NCBI RefSeq assembly: GCF_036365525.1 | Contig: NC_090395.1 | Location: forward strand, 68,044,966-68,108,965 | Source of the DNA: Heterodontus francisci | Taxonomy: Eukaryota | Direction of reading: 5' to 3' | Length of the DNA: 64,000 nucleotides | Part shown: one piece after another, positions 24,118 through 37,954 of the stretch | Layout: each line of letters opens with the position of its first letter | Position numbering within the stretch: position 1 is the first letter of the stretch | Notes under the pieces: model-generated | Database searches by the model: none | What the model was told of the DNA's origin: nothing | What the model saw: the letters and a program-made list of their open reading frames with translations, nothing else | Translations under genes and position numbers: made by a program

Positions 24118-25189
24118 TTGATACAATGTATGCATGGTATAAATGGCTATTGGTTAGACTGACCCTGAAACGTCAAGTATTATTTCTGGATTGTTTTTAT
24201 TCTGGTCAAACATACTTATTGAAGATTAAGTTAGACAGCCCAATAGTGCCGTTCTTTAACATTCATTCAGTAAAATCAAATTGCCATTTATTTTAATGGT
24301 GGAAGAATTATTGTAGTTAATTGTTCACTGTTGCAGCAAAGGAACCATCGGAGCAGTGCAGAGGTCCCAGGAAATTAGGGCATGGTGTAAGTAATAGTGT
24401 AAATCACCTACTCCATAATTTCCTGGGATCTTTGCAGCTTAAAATGGGCTCTATGACATGGATATACCATTACCAAGGTGCAAGTCTCCAGGAAGTTCTG
24501 GGCCAATGTATTTGATGCATTAACAAATACACAAAACAAAGAAAGCCGATGGCTGACAGATGAAAACTGGTGAGTTTATGGACTACCTCAGCAATCCCTG
24601 ATGGTCCTTTAAAGTCTGATGGCCTCCAGTTTGTAAATCTAAATCAAAGGAATGTAAATTTCCTGAAGGATTCAATTCCTATGGTCAGGGGATCTATCAG
24701 AACCTGCTTCTAGACTGACTGCACTTGGCACAGAGTCACACAGAGTGGATAAAAAAAAAAGTCAGTTGTCAATTTTCAAGCGATGGCAGGTCAGCAGCAG
24801 CAGAAATATAATCAAAAACGCAAAAGAAAACCCACAGAACACCGAAAGCGAAATAATGACTTGTCAGAGAATGAGTGCTGGGGTTGTACAGCAATTTGGC
24901 TTTTGTGGGTTTTTGGAATGGAGGGCAAGGTACTCACTAAATAAAGGGTGAAGAACGTTCACTTGCTTCAATTAAAATAAAAATGTACACTCAATGTTCA
25001 AACAGTAAGTTTGACCAGAATAAAAACATTACATGCATTTCCGGGTCAGTCCAACCTGTAGCCATTTATGTTGTGCGTTCAATATCTCATCACTTCTGTA
25101 ATGGAAGCTATGCTTTTCTACCTACTAAAAATAATAAAATGTTGGTATCGTATGGTTTTTCTTTAATACTTTATTACAAATATAGGTGT

Positions 25190-25580
25190 TACGTTCCACT
25201 GCAGAGACTTGAATACAAAGTATAAGCTGACATTCCAATAGAGTACTGAGGGAGTGCTGTGCTGTTGGAGGTGTCATCTTTTGGATGAGACGTTAAACTG
25301 AGGCTCTGTCTGCCCTCTCAGGCAGATGTAAAAGATTCCATGGTACTATTTCAAAGAAATGCCCTGATCAATATATAATTCCCCCAATCAACATCACTAA
25401 AAACAAATGATTTGTTCATTATCACATTGCTGTTTGTGGGAGCTTGCTGAGTGAAAATTGATTGCACGTTTCCTACATTAGAATAGTGACTACACTTCAA
25501 AAAGTACTTCATTGGCTATAAAATGCTTTGGGATGTTCTGAGGTTGTGAAAGGTGCTATATAAATGCAGCTCTCTATTCC
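25190..25580 (+). mobile_element. Deu-SINE
   Basis: agtactgagggagtgctg ... gtgctatataaatgcag. Confidence 0.85.
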
Positions 25581-25972
25581 TTTATAGGCTTTTATGTTGA
25601 AGTATCTCGGGCTAGAGGGAAGCTGTTATTTCTTTGCGAGACCACACCCTGAGATTGGAGCCAGGCTGTCTGGAAAAGCAGGGCCAATTGTTTAATCTGG
25701 CAACTAAGTAGATTAGTGGTGGGTGGCTGTATTCATAAGAGGCGGACAAGCATTGTCTAAATCATTTAGAAATTTTTGGATAATGCAGATAATGGACTCA
25801 TGAATCTGCAGTGTGAATGTTGCCCTGCATTATGTCTTTGAGACTTGATTGAGCGCTCTCTATCCACGACGTGTTGATGAACAAATACATTCTGCAGGCA
25901 GTTGGTCATTACTTCATTGCCTGCTTTTAAACATCATGGTGGTCAGGCAGAGTTTTGCGTGGCTGTGATGTG

Positions 25973-26641
25973 AGGCTGAATTTTTAGGCCCCAATAGGGG
26001 CAGGTACGGAGGGAGGTGGGCACGGAATTTCGTGCTGCCAGCCAGTGCGATGGTTCCCCGGCACCATCCCACCCCTGAGCCATTTTCCTAAAGACAGGAT
26101 GGGGAGGTACCAGGGCTACCTTCCCACAGGTGGTGGGTAGCCAATTAAAGCTGTTTAAAGGCCTGTTAAGACCTATTGCCAAAGTCAGACTGGAGTTTTA
26201 CATTCAGCCTCCAGGCACCCAGAGACATCGGGGAACAGCCCACCTACCAGGAGGCAGCCTGCTGGCTGCAGACCAGGGTGGGTGAGGAAGGCCAGTGCAT
26301 GAGGCACGCTATGAGGCCCTCCCTGTCTACCTGGCCACAGCTGCAGCCACAGGCCGCCCTGTGGAGGGGTTAAAAAAGTTGGAGAGAGGGTGCCTCCAAC
26401 TTGAAGCGCCCTCTCCCTCACTTACCTGAAAAGGCAGCCTGCTGCTTCTTCAGTGCTGGAGGGCCTCCTGTTGGCTCTCCAGCTTTGAGAGCCCACTGGA
26501 TGACGAGCCTGCCCTCTGGCCACTAATAAACCAATTCGGGATTAATCACTTGTTGGGTGACTGTTCCCCACACAGTGCAAGCTTTTGACTCCCATTTAAC
26601 ACTGACGTCAGGATCCTGAAGCCCACAGGAAAATTCTGCAT
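25973..26641. mobile_element. Harbinger-like MITE
   Basis: TIRs aggctgaatttt / aaaattctgcat; 3-bp TSD gtg on both sides. Confidence 0.7.
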
Positions 26642-27089
26642 GTGATCTTGATAAAAAAATCAGTTAAACTATTTTTTATAAAGAATACTTTTAAGTAATC
26701 AAATGTTAATTATTTTTGTTTTGGACATAGTTAAGAATAGTGGCATAAGTTAATTGCTGTATTTTGTATCTGCTGGTTTGTGTTTCTTCTTTGTAAATTT
26801 TTTTTCCTGTAAGAAATCTGATTTATAACTTAGCCAGACTATACAGTTGAGGCTAATGTGGTTTTCCACCGATCAAATAAATCAGGAGTTTACAGTGGGC
26901 GTCCAAATAAATTCCAATGTACAGTGATACATGAGGGAAACAACTTCCATTTACTACTTGCTTTAACTAGCATATTTGGTCTCACATGAAATGTAGGTTT
27001 GCCAGTGGAGACTGTAGTCTGTCATCAATATAGAGAGAGTTGAAAAGGTTTTGACTTGCAACAACTTCCATTAAAGCAAATTATATCTT

Positions 27090-28470
27090 CCGAACATACA
27101 AACATATGAATTAGGGGCAGAAGTAGGCCATTCAGCCCCTCTAGCCTGCTCCACAATTTAATAAGATCGTAGCTGATCTGTTTGTGTCTCGAATTCCACG
27201 CTCCATCTAGCCCCGATAACCTTTGATCCCCTTGCCTAACAAGAATCTATCTACCCCCCCACCTTAAAAATATTCAATGACCCTACCTCCACCACCTTCT
27301 GAGGCAGAGAGTTCCAAAGTCACATAACCCTCTGAGAGAAAAAAATTTCTCCTCATCTCTGTCCTAAAAGGGCGACCCCTAATATTAAAACAGTGCTCCC
27401 TAGTTCTGGACTCCCCCACAAAAGGAAACATCCTTTCCACATCCACCTTGTTAAGACTGTTCAGGATCTTATATATTTCAATCAAGTCTCCCCTCACTCT
27501 TCTAAACTCCAGCGAATACAAGCCCAGTCTGTTCAACCTTTCCTCATAAGACAACCCGTTCATTCCAGGTATCAATCTAGTAAACCTCCTCTGAACTGCC
27601 TCCAATGCATTTACATCCTTCCTTAAACAAGGAGACCAAAACTGCACACAATATTTGAGATGTGGTCTCACCAATGCCCTGATGAACTGAAGCATCACAT
27701 CCATACTTTTATTTTCAATTCCTCTTGTAATAAAGGATAGCATTCCATTAGCCTCCTTTATTGTTTGCTGTACCTGAGTAACCTTTTGTGACTCATGCAC
27801 TAAAACACCTAGATCCCTCTGCACCTCAGAGTTCTCCAGTCTTTCTCCATTGAAGTAATACTCTGCTTTTTTATTCTTCCTGCCAAAGTGAACAACTTCA
27901 CATTTTCCCACATTATAGTCCATCTGCCAGTTTTTTGCCCACTCACTCAACCTATCTCTATCAGTCTGTAACCTCCTTACGTCCTCTTCACAACATACTT
28001 TCCTACCTTTCTTTGTGTCATCTGCAAATTTAGTTACCATGCCATCGCTCTCCTCATCTAAGCACATTCTGCCAATCAGAAAAGGACCCATTTATGCATT
28101 CTCTCTGTTTTCTGCCAGCCAACCAATCTTCTATCCATGCTAATATGTTACCCCCATACCATGAGCTCCTACTTTGCGCAATAACCTTTTATGTGGCACC
28201 TTGTCAAATGCCTTCTGGAAATCCAAGGACTGTACGTCAATGGGCTCCCCTTTATCCATGGCACATGTTATTCCTTCAAAGAACTACAATAAATTGGTTA
28301 AACATGATTTCCCTTTCACAAAGCCATGCTGACTATTCCCGATTACCTTGAGTTTTTCTAAGTATCCAGCTATAGCCTCCTTAATGATCGATTCTAACAC
28401 CTTCCCCACGACAGATATCAAGCTAACTGGCCTATAGTTACCTGTTTTCTGCCTCCCCCTCTTCTTTGTC
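27090..28470 (-). mobile_element. CR1 ORF2 (RT) remnant with internal deletion and 3' tail
   Basis: GNYRPVSL, QHGFVKGKSCLTNL, KFADDTK, LVRPHLKYCVQFWSP; the GVPQGS block is missing near 28070. Confidence 0.93.
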
Positions 28471-29768
28471 CAGCTCCTCATTGAATGAAGGAACAATCGA
28501 TATTTTTGTGTCCATGTGGGATTGAGTCACAGCTGAAATTATTCATTTTATTTAACCTGACAATTCATAGGTTACCAAAATAACAATTTAAGATACTTAA
28601 GAATTCACAAGGAATATTATTCTATGGCCTTTCAGTGTGCCGTGGGAGATGGGGGTGGGGTTGTGTGGAGATGAAGGACATGGCTCATTGATAAAACATG
28701 TGACTGGATTTTAATCTGTTACTTTTATGATTGAGTGCTTTATGGAGCAAATAATCTGTGCAGTTGACAATTCCCTTTAGGATTCTTAACTGCCATAGAC
28801 ATGCAGAAAAACCATTTCACTCTGACATTCATACAACCAACGATGATGATTCTCATCTTCATTGGGACTCTGATTCTCTTCTTGTGAATCATGCTTTGAG
28901 AAATCTATGACATCATATTTGAAGTACCCATGTAAAACAGAACTATATGGGTTACATATGAACAATGATGCTAAGAAAAGACGCTCTGGTCCATCCATCC
29001 TGCCCAACATAGTCGTGACGCCTTGTGTATCGCAATATAGATACACTCTCCATCCAACATGTGATCTGCTGGGAGAGGTGAAACCAGGTAAAACGCAGGA
29101 CAATTAGTGGGGGGGGAAAATGCAAACTTCCTCTCCAAACCTTCCCTCCCAAAACTAGACCAGGAGATCTGTCTGGACCTGAATTCCTTGCAGTACCTAC
29201 CTTTTGTAAGAGGTGGTTGCTGCATGCAGCCACAAACAGGTTTCACATAAATCACCGCAATGTGGACCAGAGGCACACAGACCAAGGGGATCTAAATTTT
29301 GGTCATCAGTTGTGCTAATGAGTTGATTGTAATTAGGCTGGGGATGGTTGGGGGGTGGGGGGGGGGAATGTGATGGGGTGGTGGGGGAAGGGTGATTGGA
29401 GTACAACTGTTGAGCTCATTGTTACAGGGCAAGGGACTGCAAATCAGCTACTGTCCCTGCGCCTAGATTGCTGATTGTGTAGGCATCAGGTGGCAATAGG
29501 ATCATGCTTGTGTGTCAGCATTTACTGTCTACGTATGAAGAATGGTCACTTCAGCAATGTTCCAGGATGCAAATGACGCCTGCGAGTTAACACATTCAGG
29601 AGAGGAGGGGAAGAAAACGGGGCATTTGTTCGATATACAGTTTGAGGTAACAGACCCTCTTTCTATATAATAAAAGCAAACTACTGCAGATGCTGGAAAT
29701 CTGAAATAAAAACAGAAAGTGCTGGAAATATTCAGCAGGTCTGGTAGCATCTGTGGAGAGAGAAGCAG

Positions 29769-29805
29769 AGTTAACGTTTCAGGTCAGTGACCTTTCATTA
29801 GAACT
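29769..29805 (-). ncRNA. Penelope-associated minimal hammerhead motif (core G5 mutated)
   Basis: AGTT-CTAATGA-A-AGGTCACTGACCT-GAAACGTT-AACT. Confidence 0.6.
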
Positions 29806-30523
29806 GGCAAAGGTTAGAAATGTAATAGGTTTTAAGCAAATAAAGTGGGGTGGGGCAAAAGAGTATGAAAGGGAAGGTGTTTATAGGACAGGGGGTCACC
29901 GAGATTAACTGACACGGAGGTCTTGGGGTGAAGGCAAAGAGAGTGTGCTAATGGTGTAGTGAAAGACAAAGCATTAGTACAGAGAGGGTATTAAATGACA
30001 GAATAATGAAAGCCCTAGCCAAAAGCACAAACATGGAAAAAAAACAGTGGGCAGCCACATGGTGAAAAAAATTGAATGATGAAACAAACTAAAATAAATA
30101 AAATAAAAATAACAAATAAAACTAAAAATAAAAAAGGGGGCCAGTCATTCTCTGAAATTATTGAACTCAATGTTCAGGCCCACAGGCTGTAGTGTGCCAA
30201 ATCAGTAAATGAGATGCTGTTCCTCAAGCTTGCGTTGATGTTCACTGGAACACTGCAGCAATCCCAGGACAGAGATGTGGGCATGAGAGCAGGGGGACGC
30301 GTTGAAATGGCAAGCGACAGGAAGCTTGGGATCATGTTTTCGGACTGAGTGGAGGTGTTCTGTAAAGCGTCACCCAATCTGCATTTGGTCTCCCCAGTGT
30401 AGAGGAGACCGCATTGTGAGCAGCGAATACAGTATACTAAATTGAAAGACGTACAAGTGAATTGTTGCTTTACCTGAAAGAAGTGTTTGGTACCTAGGAT
30501 AGTGAGGAGAGTGGAGGTAAAGG

Positions 30524-30858
30524 GCGGCACAGTGGTTAGCACCGCAGCCTCACAGTTCCAGTGACCTGGGTTTGGTTCTGGGTACTGCTTGTGCGGAGTT
30601 TGCAAGTTCTCCCTGTGACTGTGTGGGTTTCCACCAGGTGCTCTGGTTTCCTCCCACAGCGAAAGACTTGCAGGTTGCTAGGTAAATTGGCCATTGTAAA
30701 TTGCCCCTTGTGTAGGTAGGTGGTAGGAGAATTGAGGGAAGGTGGGGATGTGGTAGGGGATATGGGGTTAATGTAGGATTAGTATAAATGGGTGGTTGTT
30801 GGTCGGCACAGACTCAGTGGGCTGAAGGGCCTGTTTCAGTGCTGTATCTCTCTCTCTA
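30524..30858 (+). mobile_element. HE1 SINE nested in the Penelope ORF
   Basis: HE1 sequence flanked by the repeated gtaaaggg. Confidence 0.9.
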
Positions 30859-31844
30859 TGTAAAGGGGCAGGTATTACACCTCCTGTGATTGCATGGGAA
30901 AGAGATGAGGTGTCGGGGCTAATGGAGGAGACCCTCTTTCTAACCCGGTTAGGAATTTGAGGCTATTTTATTTGTGCAAAGTTGTCGCTCATGGGCAGCT
31001 GAAATCTTTTCATGTTCATTGGCTGTATAAACTCCTCTGGTCAGTGTAAGTATTACTTTAAAAAAAAAATTGGTTACTCTCAAACAGGTCCCATCTGCCA
31101 AGCATTCTAGGCCATGTGCTACTGCAAGGTGGAGAAATCCAGCTATATGGTATGTTATGATTTCTTTTATCCAGTTTGTCAAGAAAGAAAGTCACCATTG
31201 TTACTCCCCTTTGTAACGCATTCTAGGAAGGATCCACCTCTTAACATCCAGCTTCTGACTCTCCAGTGCAGTACTGAAGGAGTGCTGCATTGTCAGGGGT
31301 GCTGTCTTTCGATGAGACGTCAAATTGAGGGCCCCAATCTGCCCTCTCAGGATAGGCGTAAAGGATCCCATGGCACTATTTTAAAGAAGAGTTGACGAGT
31401 TCTCGCCAATGTCCTGACTAGTATAGTACACCCAGATGCAGAGTGAAGCTCCCTCTCCCTCATCCCAGTAAGAGTCTGAACCCAACACAGGTAAACACTC
31501 TGTCCTGCAGCAGTGTGACATTTCCGATTCCTCCATTAACCGTACTTATGACACCCCGGAGAGAGACTGCCCGTGATTTCGCATTAATTGGTATTTAATT
31601 AATAGCTTATTCGTGTAGACACATGCCCACTAGTAATTGGGTCAGGACTGCTGAAAGCCAATAACCTTAGATGGAGGCAAATGTCATCCCCTCTGTTTAG
31701 CAAGATTTGAATGTAAATCTCAGGTGACCTCACTTTGCCAACTAAGCCCTATCCTCACTCCTTGGCTATTTCAAAGAAAAAGGTACTTTAAAAAAAAAAA
31801 TGTGAATAAATATTCTTGAATATTTGACAGTTCTGTCACAGAGT

Positions 31845-32222
31845 AGAAAGAAAGAACTTGCAATTATATAGCACCTTTCATGATCTCAGGAAATCCCAAA
31901 GTGTTTTACAGTCAATGAAGTACTTTTGAAGTGTAGTCACTGTTGTAATGTAGGAAATACGGCAGCTAGATTGTGTGCAGCAAACTCCCACTAACAGCAA
32001 GGAGATAAATGATCAAAGAATTTTTTTTAGTGATGTTGGTTGAGGGATTAAATGTCAGTCAGGACAACAAAGAGAACTCCCCTGCTCTTTTCAAAATCAT
32101 GCAATGGGATTTTTTTGGTGCCACCCTGAGGGAGCAGTTTGGGTCCCTTGGTTTAGCATCGCATCCAAAAGACGGCACTTCCAACAGTGCAGCTCTCCCT
32201 CAGTATTGCACTAAAGTGTTAG
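31845..32222 (-). mobile_element. Deu-SINE
   Basis: gaaagaaagaacttgcaattatatagcacctttc ... tccctcagtattgcact. Confidence 0.85.
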
Positions 32223-33812
32223 AAGCTGTCTGTTATGAGGTGGACCCTTCCCAGAATGCGTTACGATTTAGAGTAACAATGGCAAGTTCCTCGACTCTCA
32301 AACTGGATAATGAAGTCTTCTCTCTCTGGCAGCAGCATATGACCGGAATGCTCTGCAGATGGGACCTGTTTGAGAGTAACCCATTGAGAGAAGCTCTTCT
32401 CTTTAAATCATTATTTGTTTTTAACTGTAGGTTTGAGTCTCCCCTTTAAAAAGAGTCAATGGAAAGGCACCATCTGGGTGCAAGACCACTCTTCCCCTAT
32501 GTACTGAACAGAACATTAACCAGATTTGCATCATAATGAGGTGCACAGAATGTCAATACGTTTTCCAAGCCTGAAATTATTAATGCATTACAATATCAAG
32601 ATTCTGCATCAATTTCAAAAAGATTAATTGCACCATCCTTCCCTCACCCACCTTTAGTTTGTATTCCTGTACATCACTGCATCCTAATGATTTACAGGGC
32701 ATTGGGATACCTTTGGTTTCTTGTTTTCATAATAAAGACAGGGCCAGGGATAGATATCTACTATGCATTGTCCATGTCTTATTCTGCAGCAAGTTATTGT
32801 GGTGTTCAGGGAGGGTGCCTATTTCATTAAAAAGATAAATCATCTCTAATGCTGTAATAACTCAAGCTCAGATGCAGAATCAGTCATTTACTAAATCAAA
32901 TGTCTGTCTTTATCATTTAAGTAATTGGCCCTACACTTGAACAACAAGAGGCTAATAGCTTTTTACTCAATTGAGGTTAGCAATATTGCCGAATAGTGAA
33001 GACACTCCTGCAACGGTAGCCGGTGAAACACATCCTGTTTCTCTACATTTTCTTCCAGTGTTTTTAACCCTTTCTTCTTCTGCACACCTTCCATTTGCTA
33101 TGGCCTTCAGCCTTCTATCTTCCTTCCTTCTCCCTTTCCTTGGCTAGTGGTCATGTAAGATGGTGACAGAAAAGCCGATGTGATTCATCGTCTTGTTGCT
33201 TGTGGGATCTTGCTACGTGTAAAATGGCTGGCACGTTTCCTACAACAGTGACTACTCTTCCAAAAGTATTTCATTGGCTGTAAAGTGCTTTTGGGATGTG
33301 AGGTCGTGAAAGATGCTACAGAAATACAAGTCCTTCTTTCTTCTTCCCCATCACCATTGCACCCACTAGCGACTTCCCCCATTTCAACCCTACATCTGTC
33401 AAGTCTTTTGAATGTTGTTCTGGTTCTTACTTGGTCTTTTTCTGTATCACTTCCCAGAGGCTCTTCTCATCATGGATTGTCTTGACCATCTTTCATTTAC
33501 AGAAACAAAATGACCTTCTCCTTTTGAGCTGAGAAAGAAACCTAAATCTGTATTTTGATTTTTGAAGACTGGGAGAAAATGAGAGTTCCAAAGCAGAATT
33601 TGAAAATGATAATGGGATTTTTCCCTCTGCCCATCTCCCACCCTCACCTTCCAATAAGAACATAAGAAATAGGAGCAGGAATCAGCCATTTGGTCCCTCA
33701 AGCTTGCTCTGCCATTCAATAAGATTATGGCTGATTTGATCTTGGTCTCAACTTTACTTTCCTGCCTGTTTGCCATAACCCTTGACTCCCCTTTCTACTG
33801 TGCTGACACCTG

Positions 33813-34649
33813 GGGCTGGATTTTTCCTCTGGGGGGTGGGAAACAGAAGTCGGGACTGTTTTCAGATCCTGAACCCACTCCCTGGTGGGAAGCAGTCACT
33901 CATTGGGATTTTTGCAGGGCTGCCCCCTTAATTGACCTGGAGACATGTTCGTAGTCAAGTTAAGGATTGGGGGCAGGCTCTTGAAGCTGGACGGACAATC
34001 AGAGGCCTTCTAGCTTGAGAGGAGCAGCAGGCTGTGATGGAAGTAAGGGAGAGAGTGCTCCAAGATGGAGGTGTCCTCCGCCTTTTTTAAAGTCTTAGAT
34101 TAAACAATGGCTTTTTCAGCCACCGCTGTGGGCAGGTTGGGGGCGGGAGGGTGGGGAGAGCCCCTCTACAGGTCAGGCTGTGGCTGCACCTGCATCCAGG
34201 CAGGAAGGGAGGGCCTCTAGGCCTGCCTGGAGCATTGGCCTCCTGACCTGCTGCCCTGAGGCTTCTACAGGTATCTAAACTGGCTCTCGCTGCCTGCAGG
34301 AACCTGTAGGCCATCTGGAAAATTCCAGTCAAGCTCCTTTAATTGGCCTTAATTAGGCTCTTAATGAGCCTGATTGGCTACCTGCCTTGTGTGGATAGCC
34401 CCGCCCCGCCGAAGAAGGGTCACTGACCCGAAACGTTAACTCTGCTTCTCTTTCCACAGATGCTGCCAGACCTGCTGAGTGAATCCAGCATTTCTTGTTC
34501 TTATTTCCGATTTCCAGCATCCGCAGTATTTTGCTTTCATATTACTGAGGCAGGAAAGAGCTGGGGAACTGACCTGCCGGCAGACGGCACTGTTTCCAGC
34601 TCCTGCCTGCCTCTGATCCCAGCTCTGGCAGGAGCCAAAAATCCAGTCC
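33813..34649. mobile_element. Harbinger-like MITE with a nested Penelope terminal fragment (34409-34523)
   Basis: TIRs gggctggattttt / aaaaatccagtcc; 3-bp TSD ctg on both sides. Confidence 0.75.
34409..34523 (+). mobile_element. Penelope terminal fragment beginning in the hammerhead motif
   Basis: ccgaaga-a-gggtcactgaccc-gaaacgtt-aact followed by the conserved ccacagatgctgccagacctgctgag...ccagcatccgcagtattttgc. Confidence 0.8.
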
Positions 34650-35784
34650 CTGGTTATTAGCGTTGAGGAAGCTTTACAGTTTGTGTCCATCTCGAACTGA
34701 GGCAGCAGGGACCTACACAGCTTGAGGCTCCAGAAGGATGTTTTGCGTAGTGTGTCTATAGACACCACTGTACCAGCCAATGAGTTGGTGGTGAGGCGGG
34801 TCTTATGGCAAACTGACTATTTTACAGAAACAGGTATTTGGTCAGCAAAGTCTTTTTTTCAAAACAACAGTCTACAGAGTCTATTTATAAAGAATCTCTA
34901 TGAAGTAGAGGAAACCGAATTCGTGATCGAAACTATAGCAATGTCTCCTGAATACAGCAGGATTGTTTCTCCAGAAAACTGCAGTGAATGGAGGATAGTT
35001 ACATAATGCAAATAATATGGTAAAACCAGTCTAGTCAGTTAGAGTGGAGTCTCCAGATGTGATCGACAGGGGAATTGCCCAACTATCTCTATTCTGGCTG
35101 GGAATAATGGGGTCACTGTATGTGTAGCCTGTTTTGCATCTGTGTTCGCAACTTTGCCAGGCTACAGGTTACCTATTACGGCATTTGTTTACAAGCTAAG
35201 CATCCATGTATCAGACTTGTAGGCTACAGATCCTTGGAAAGATAATTGGGTTCTTAATATTCACATTGTTTAAATACACTCCAATTAACGACAAAATCCT
35301 ATTAGTTTTCTTATCTATTTCTATATTTTTTGTGGAATATTTTTATGTAATAGCAAGTGCTGGTAAATCAGTGGAGGAAGTGCCAGGAACAAATAATTAC
35401 ATCCCTAATTGATAATGCAATTCCCTTAGGCAATTGGGCTTTTAACTCCTCCAGGCTAGGTTTCCCCAATTATGCAGTTAATGTTCAAGATTTGAACATA
35501 AAATATTTATAAAACGAGCAAATAGAGAGGAGGAAAGCGGTGTAAAATCAGGAGGTGTAAGATCTGCGGAGCATAGCAGAATTGTGAGCCAGTTGTTTAC
35601 GACCATATGTCTGATTCCCTGCACACAGGTTAGTGAGAGTGAGCACTCAGTCCTCTTTGAAAATGCATATTTCAGTTAATTGCTTTGATTGCAGAGCTCC
35701 AGGTGAAAGTGGACCCTCGCAGCTATCCTGCCAATCAACTCAGCTTGTTTTAAATATTGACTGAACTATAAATATTACACAGAC

Positions 35785-36115
35785 CAACAACTTGCATTTA
35801 TATAGCGCCTTTAAAGTAGAAAAACATCTCAAGGCATTTCACAGGAGCATTATCAGGCAAGATCTGACACCCAGCCACATGAAGAAATATCAGGACAGGT
35901 GAACAAAAGCTTGGTCCAAGAGGTAGGTTTTAAGGGGCGACTTAAAGGAGGGGAGATGTAGTGAAGTGGAGGGTTTTAGGGAAGGAATTCAACTGCTGAG
36001 AGCCTCACGATTAAAATCAGAGATGTGCAAGTGTCCAGGATTGGAGGACTGCAGAGATTTCGGAGCATTGTATGTTTGGAGGAGTTTACAGAGATGGAGA
36101 GGGCAAGTCAAGGCA
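35785..36115 (-). mobile_element. L2 3' end
   Basis: caacttgcatttatatagcgcctt ... agaggtaggttttaagg. Confidence 0.85.
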
Positions 36116-37954
36116 GTGATTGCTGCATTGTAGTATGAAATCAGGATCTGAGGGTTAATAATACAGTGTTGGTTGCCGAATACAATGAAACAGATTCGAC
36201 GATCAGTAAGCAAGTAAGTAGGTCTGAAGAAATCACAAAGATCGTCAATCCTTTTGTGGCATCCCTAACTGTTTCCTGGAATGGTTAGATTTGGGTAAAA
36301 GTGATGCTGCTTAAATATAACACCTACAGAAATAAAGTAAAAATATCAGAATATTGAATTAAACATATCTGTTTCATTCCACTTTTTATATTGGGACTGG
36401 AGTTAGGTATTCAGTAACTTTTGATTTTGTTTGATTCCAAAGACTCCTTTTGTTTGAAAAACCCACCACCTTGTTGAGGGGGGGGGGGGGGATGCGGTGT
36501 GTGTGTGGGGCGGGTAGATGGAAACAGCGATGAATCGATCTCGTCAGCACACGGCCTGTTTCACTACAAAGGACATAATTATTTCTGCTCTTTATAACAA
36601 TCAATAAAATGATTACATAAGGATATATCCATTTTTAAAAAAAATGTGTACAAGATAAGCTGGAACAATGCTTGGAATTTCTGCAACTGGTGGTCCCTTA
36701 GTGATTTGTGCTGAGACCCTAGGTTTTTACTCTACGGAGAGGATAATGCGATGTTCAGTGCCCAAAGCACTGCTGAGCATTGAGTACTGAAGCCCAAGAT
36801 CTCTATAATATGCTCGGGGCTCATTAAGGTCCCAGTAAATATGGGAATGTGGCCAGAGTGCAGGAACAGTGTTCCCGGTATTCTGTGTCATCTCAAATGG
36901 ATAAACGTGTGAGGAACAGTCAAGTTGTCTTCTGACTTCATGGGGACTCATAACCTTGCAATTGGTATTAGCAGCTGCTCTGCTTATGTGCACTAATCTC
37001 ACTGCTGTTTTGCCTGGTTTCCAAAACGTTACATATTCAGGGACCTCTAAAGGTCTACCCCTTTCTGCTGTGTCTGCATCTCGACCCCCAATGCCCACAC
37101 ACCCCAGACCCACCCCAGAAATGGCTGATATTTACAATATTAAAATGGAGAGGTATGGTACTGGACAAAGGAGAAGTTGTTAACATTGGCATTCATGGAA
37201 CCAGGCAAAATGAAACTTTTAAAAGGAAAATAGTGCAGTTGTTGCAGAATCTTTCATGTTTCCTCGCTATATCTTGCAGTAATTGCAAACCAAAGCAGAA
37301 AGGGCAGAGTAAACATATAGTCTCTTCCACACTTTTCACTGACACCATCCCCGCAGCCCCACCTTTCGTGGTGGATGGGTGGTGGTGGGAGAGTGGGTGG
37401 AGTAGTGTGATCAGGGGGGTAGGAACAGTAGCTGACAGCGGTTTGCGTTCCATATTCTGGGAGATGTATTTTGTTACACTTACCTTGTTGGCTGTGGCCT
37501 GCGATGGTCCCATTAAGGGCCATTTGTTAAACCGCATGTAGGCCTGGTTTTCCTGAGTGCATCGGGGCTGGCACTGCCACCCTGAGGGCATACCAATCTT
37601 GCAGGTGTTAGGCCTCTGATTTACATGCAAAGGGGCCGAACCCTTGATCCTGATATGGGCATTGCATGGCAATTTTTTTAGTCTCTTGCCACTATGACAG
37701 GTGGCACAAGTCCGGCTCCTAATGAGTGCAGCTCCTTCTCCTGCCAAAATGGAAGCTTAGGAGGACTTTTAGTGCCCTACGTGACTGAATTTCTAGGCCA
37801 CCGTGTTCATTCATGGATGAAAGACAACCATGCGAGTGAGACGCTAGAGAGCTTCTGGTATTTTGGCAAGAGTCAGTGTCTTCAGGCTAGTGGAAGAGGA
37901 GGAGGCATGGAAGTTCCACTATTACACAGCTCCTTCCCTCCCCATCCACAGGAT

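Larger units (their letters stand above)
29666..30928 (-). mobile_element. Penelope-like element, 3' part with GIY-YIG endonuclease remnant
   Basis: FTCTSFNLVYCIRCSQCGLLYTGETKCRLGD; terminal repeat with a hammerhead-like motif; 14-bp TSD agaccctctttcta (29652-29665, 30929-30942). Confidence 0.9.
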
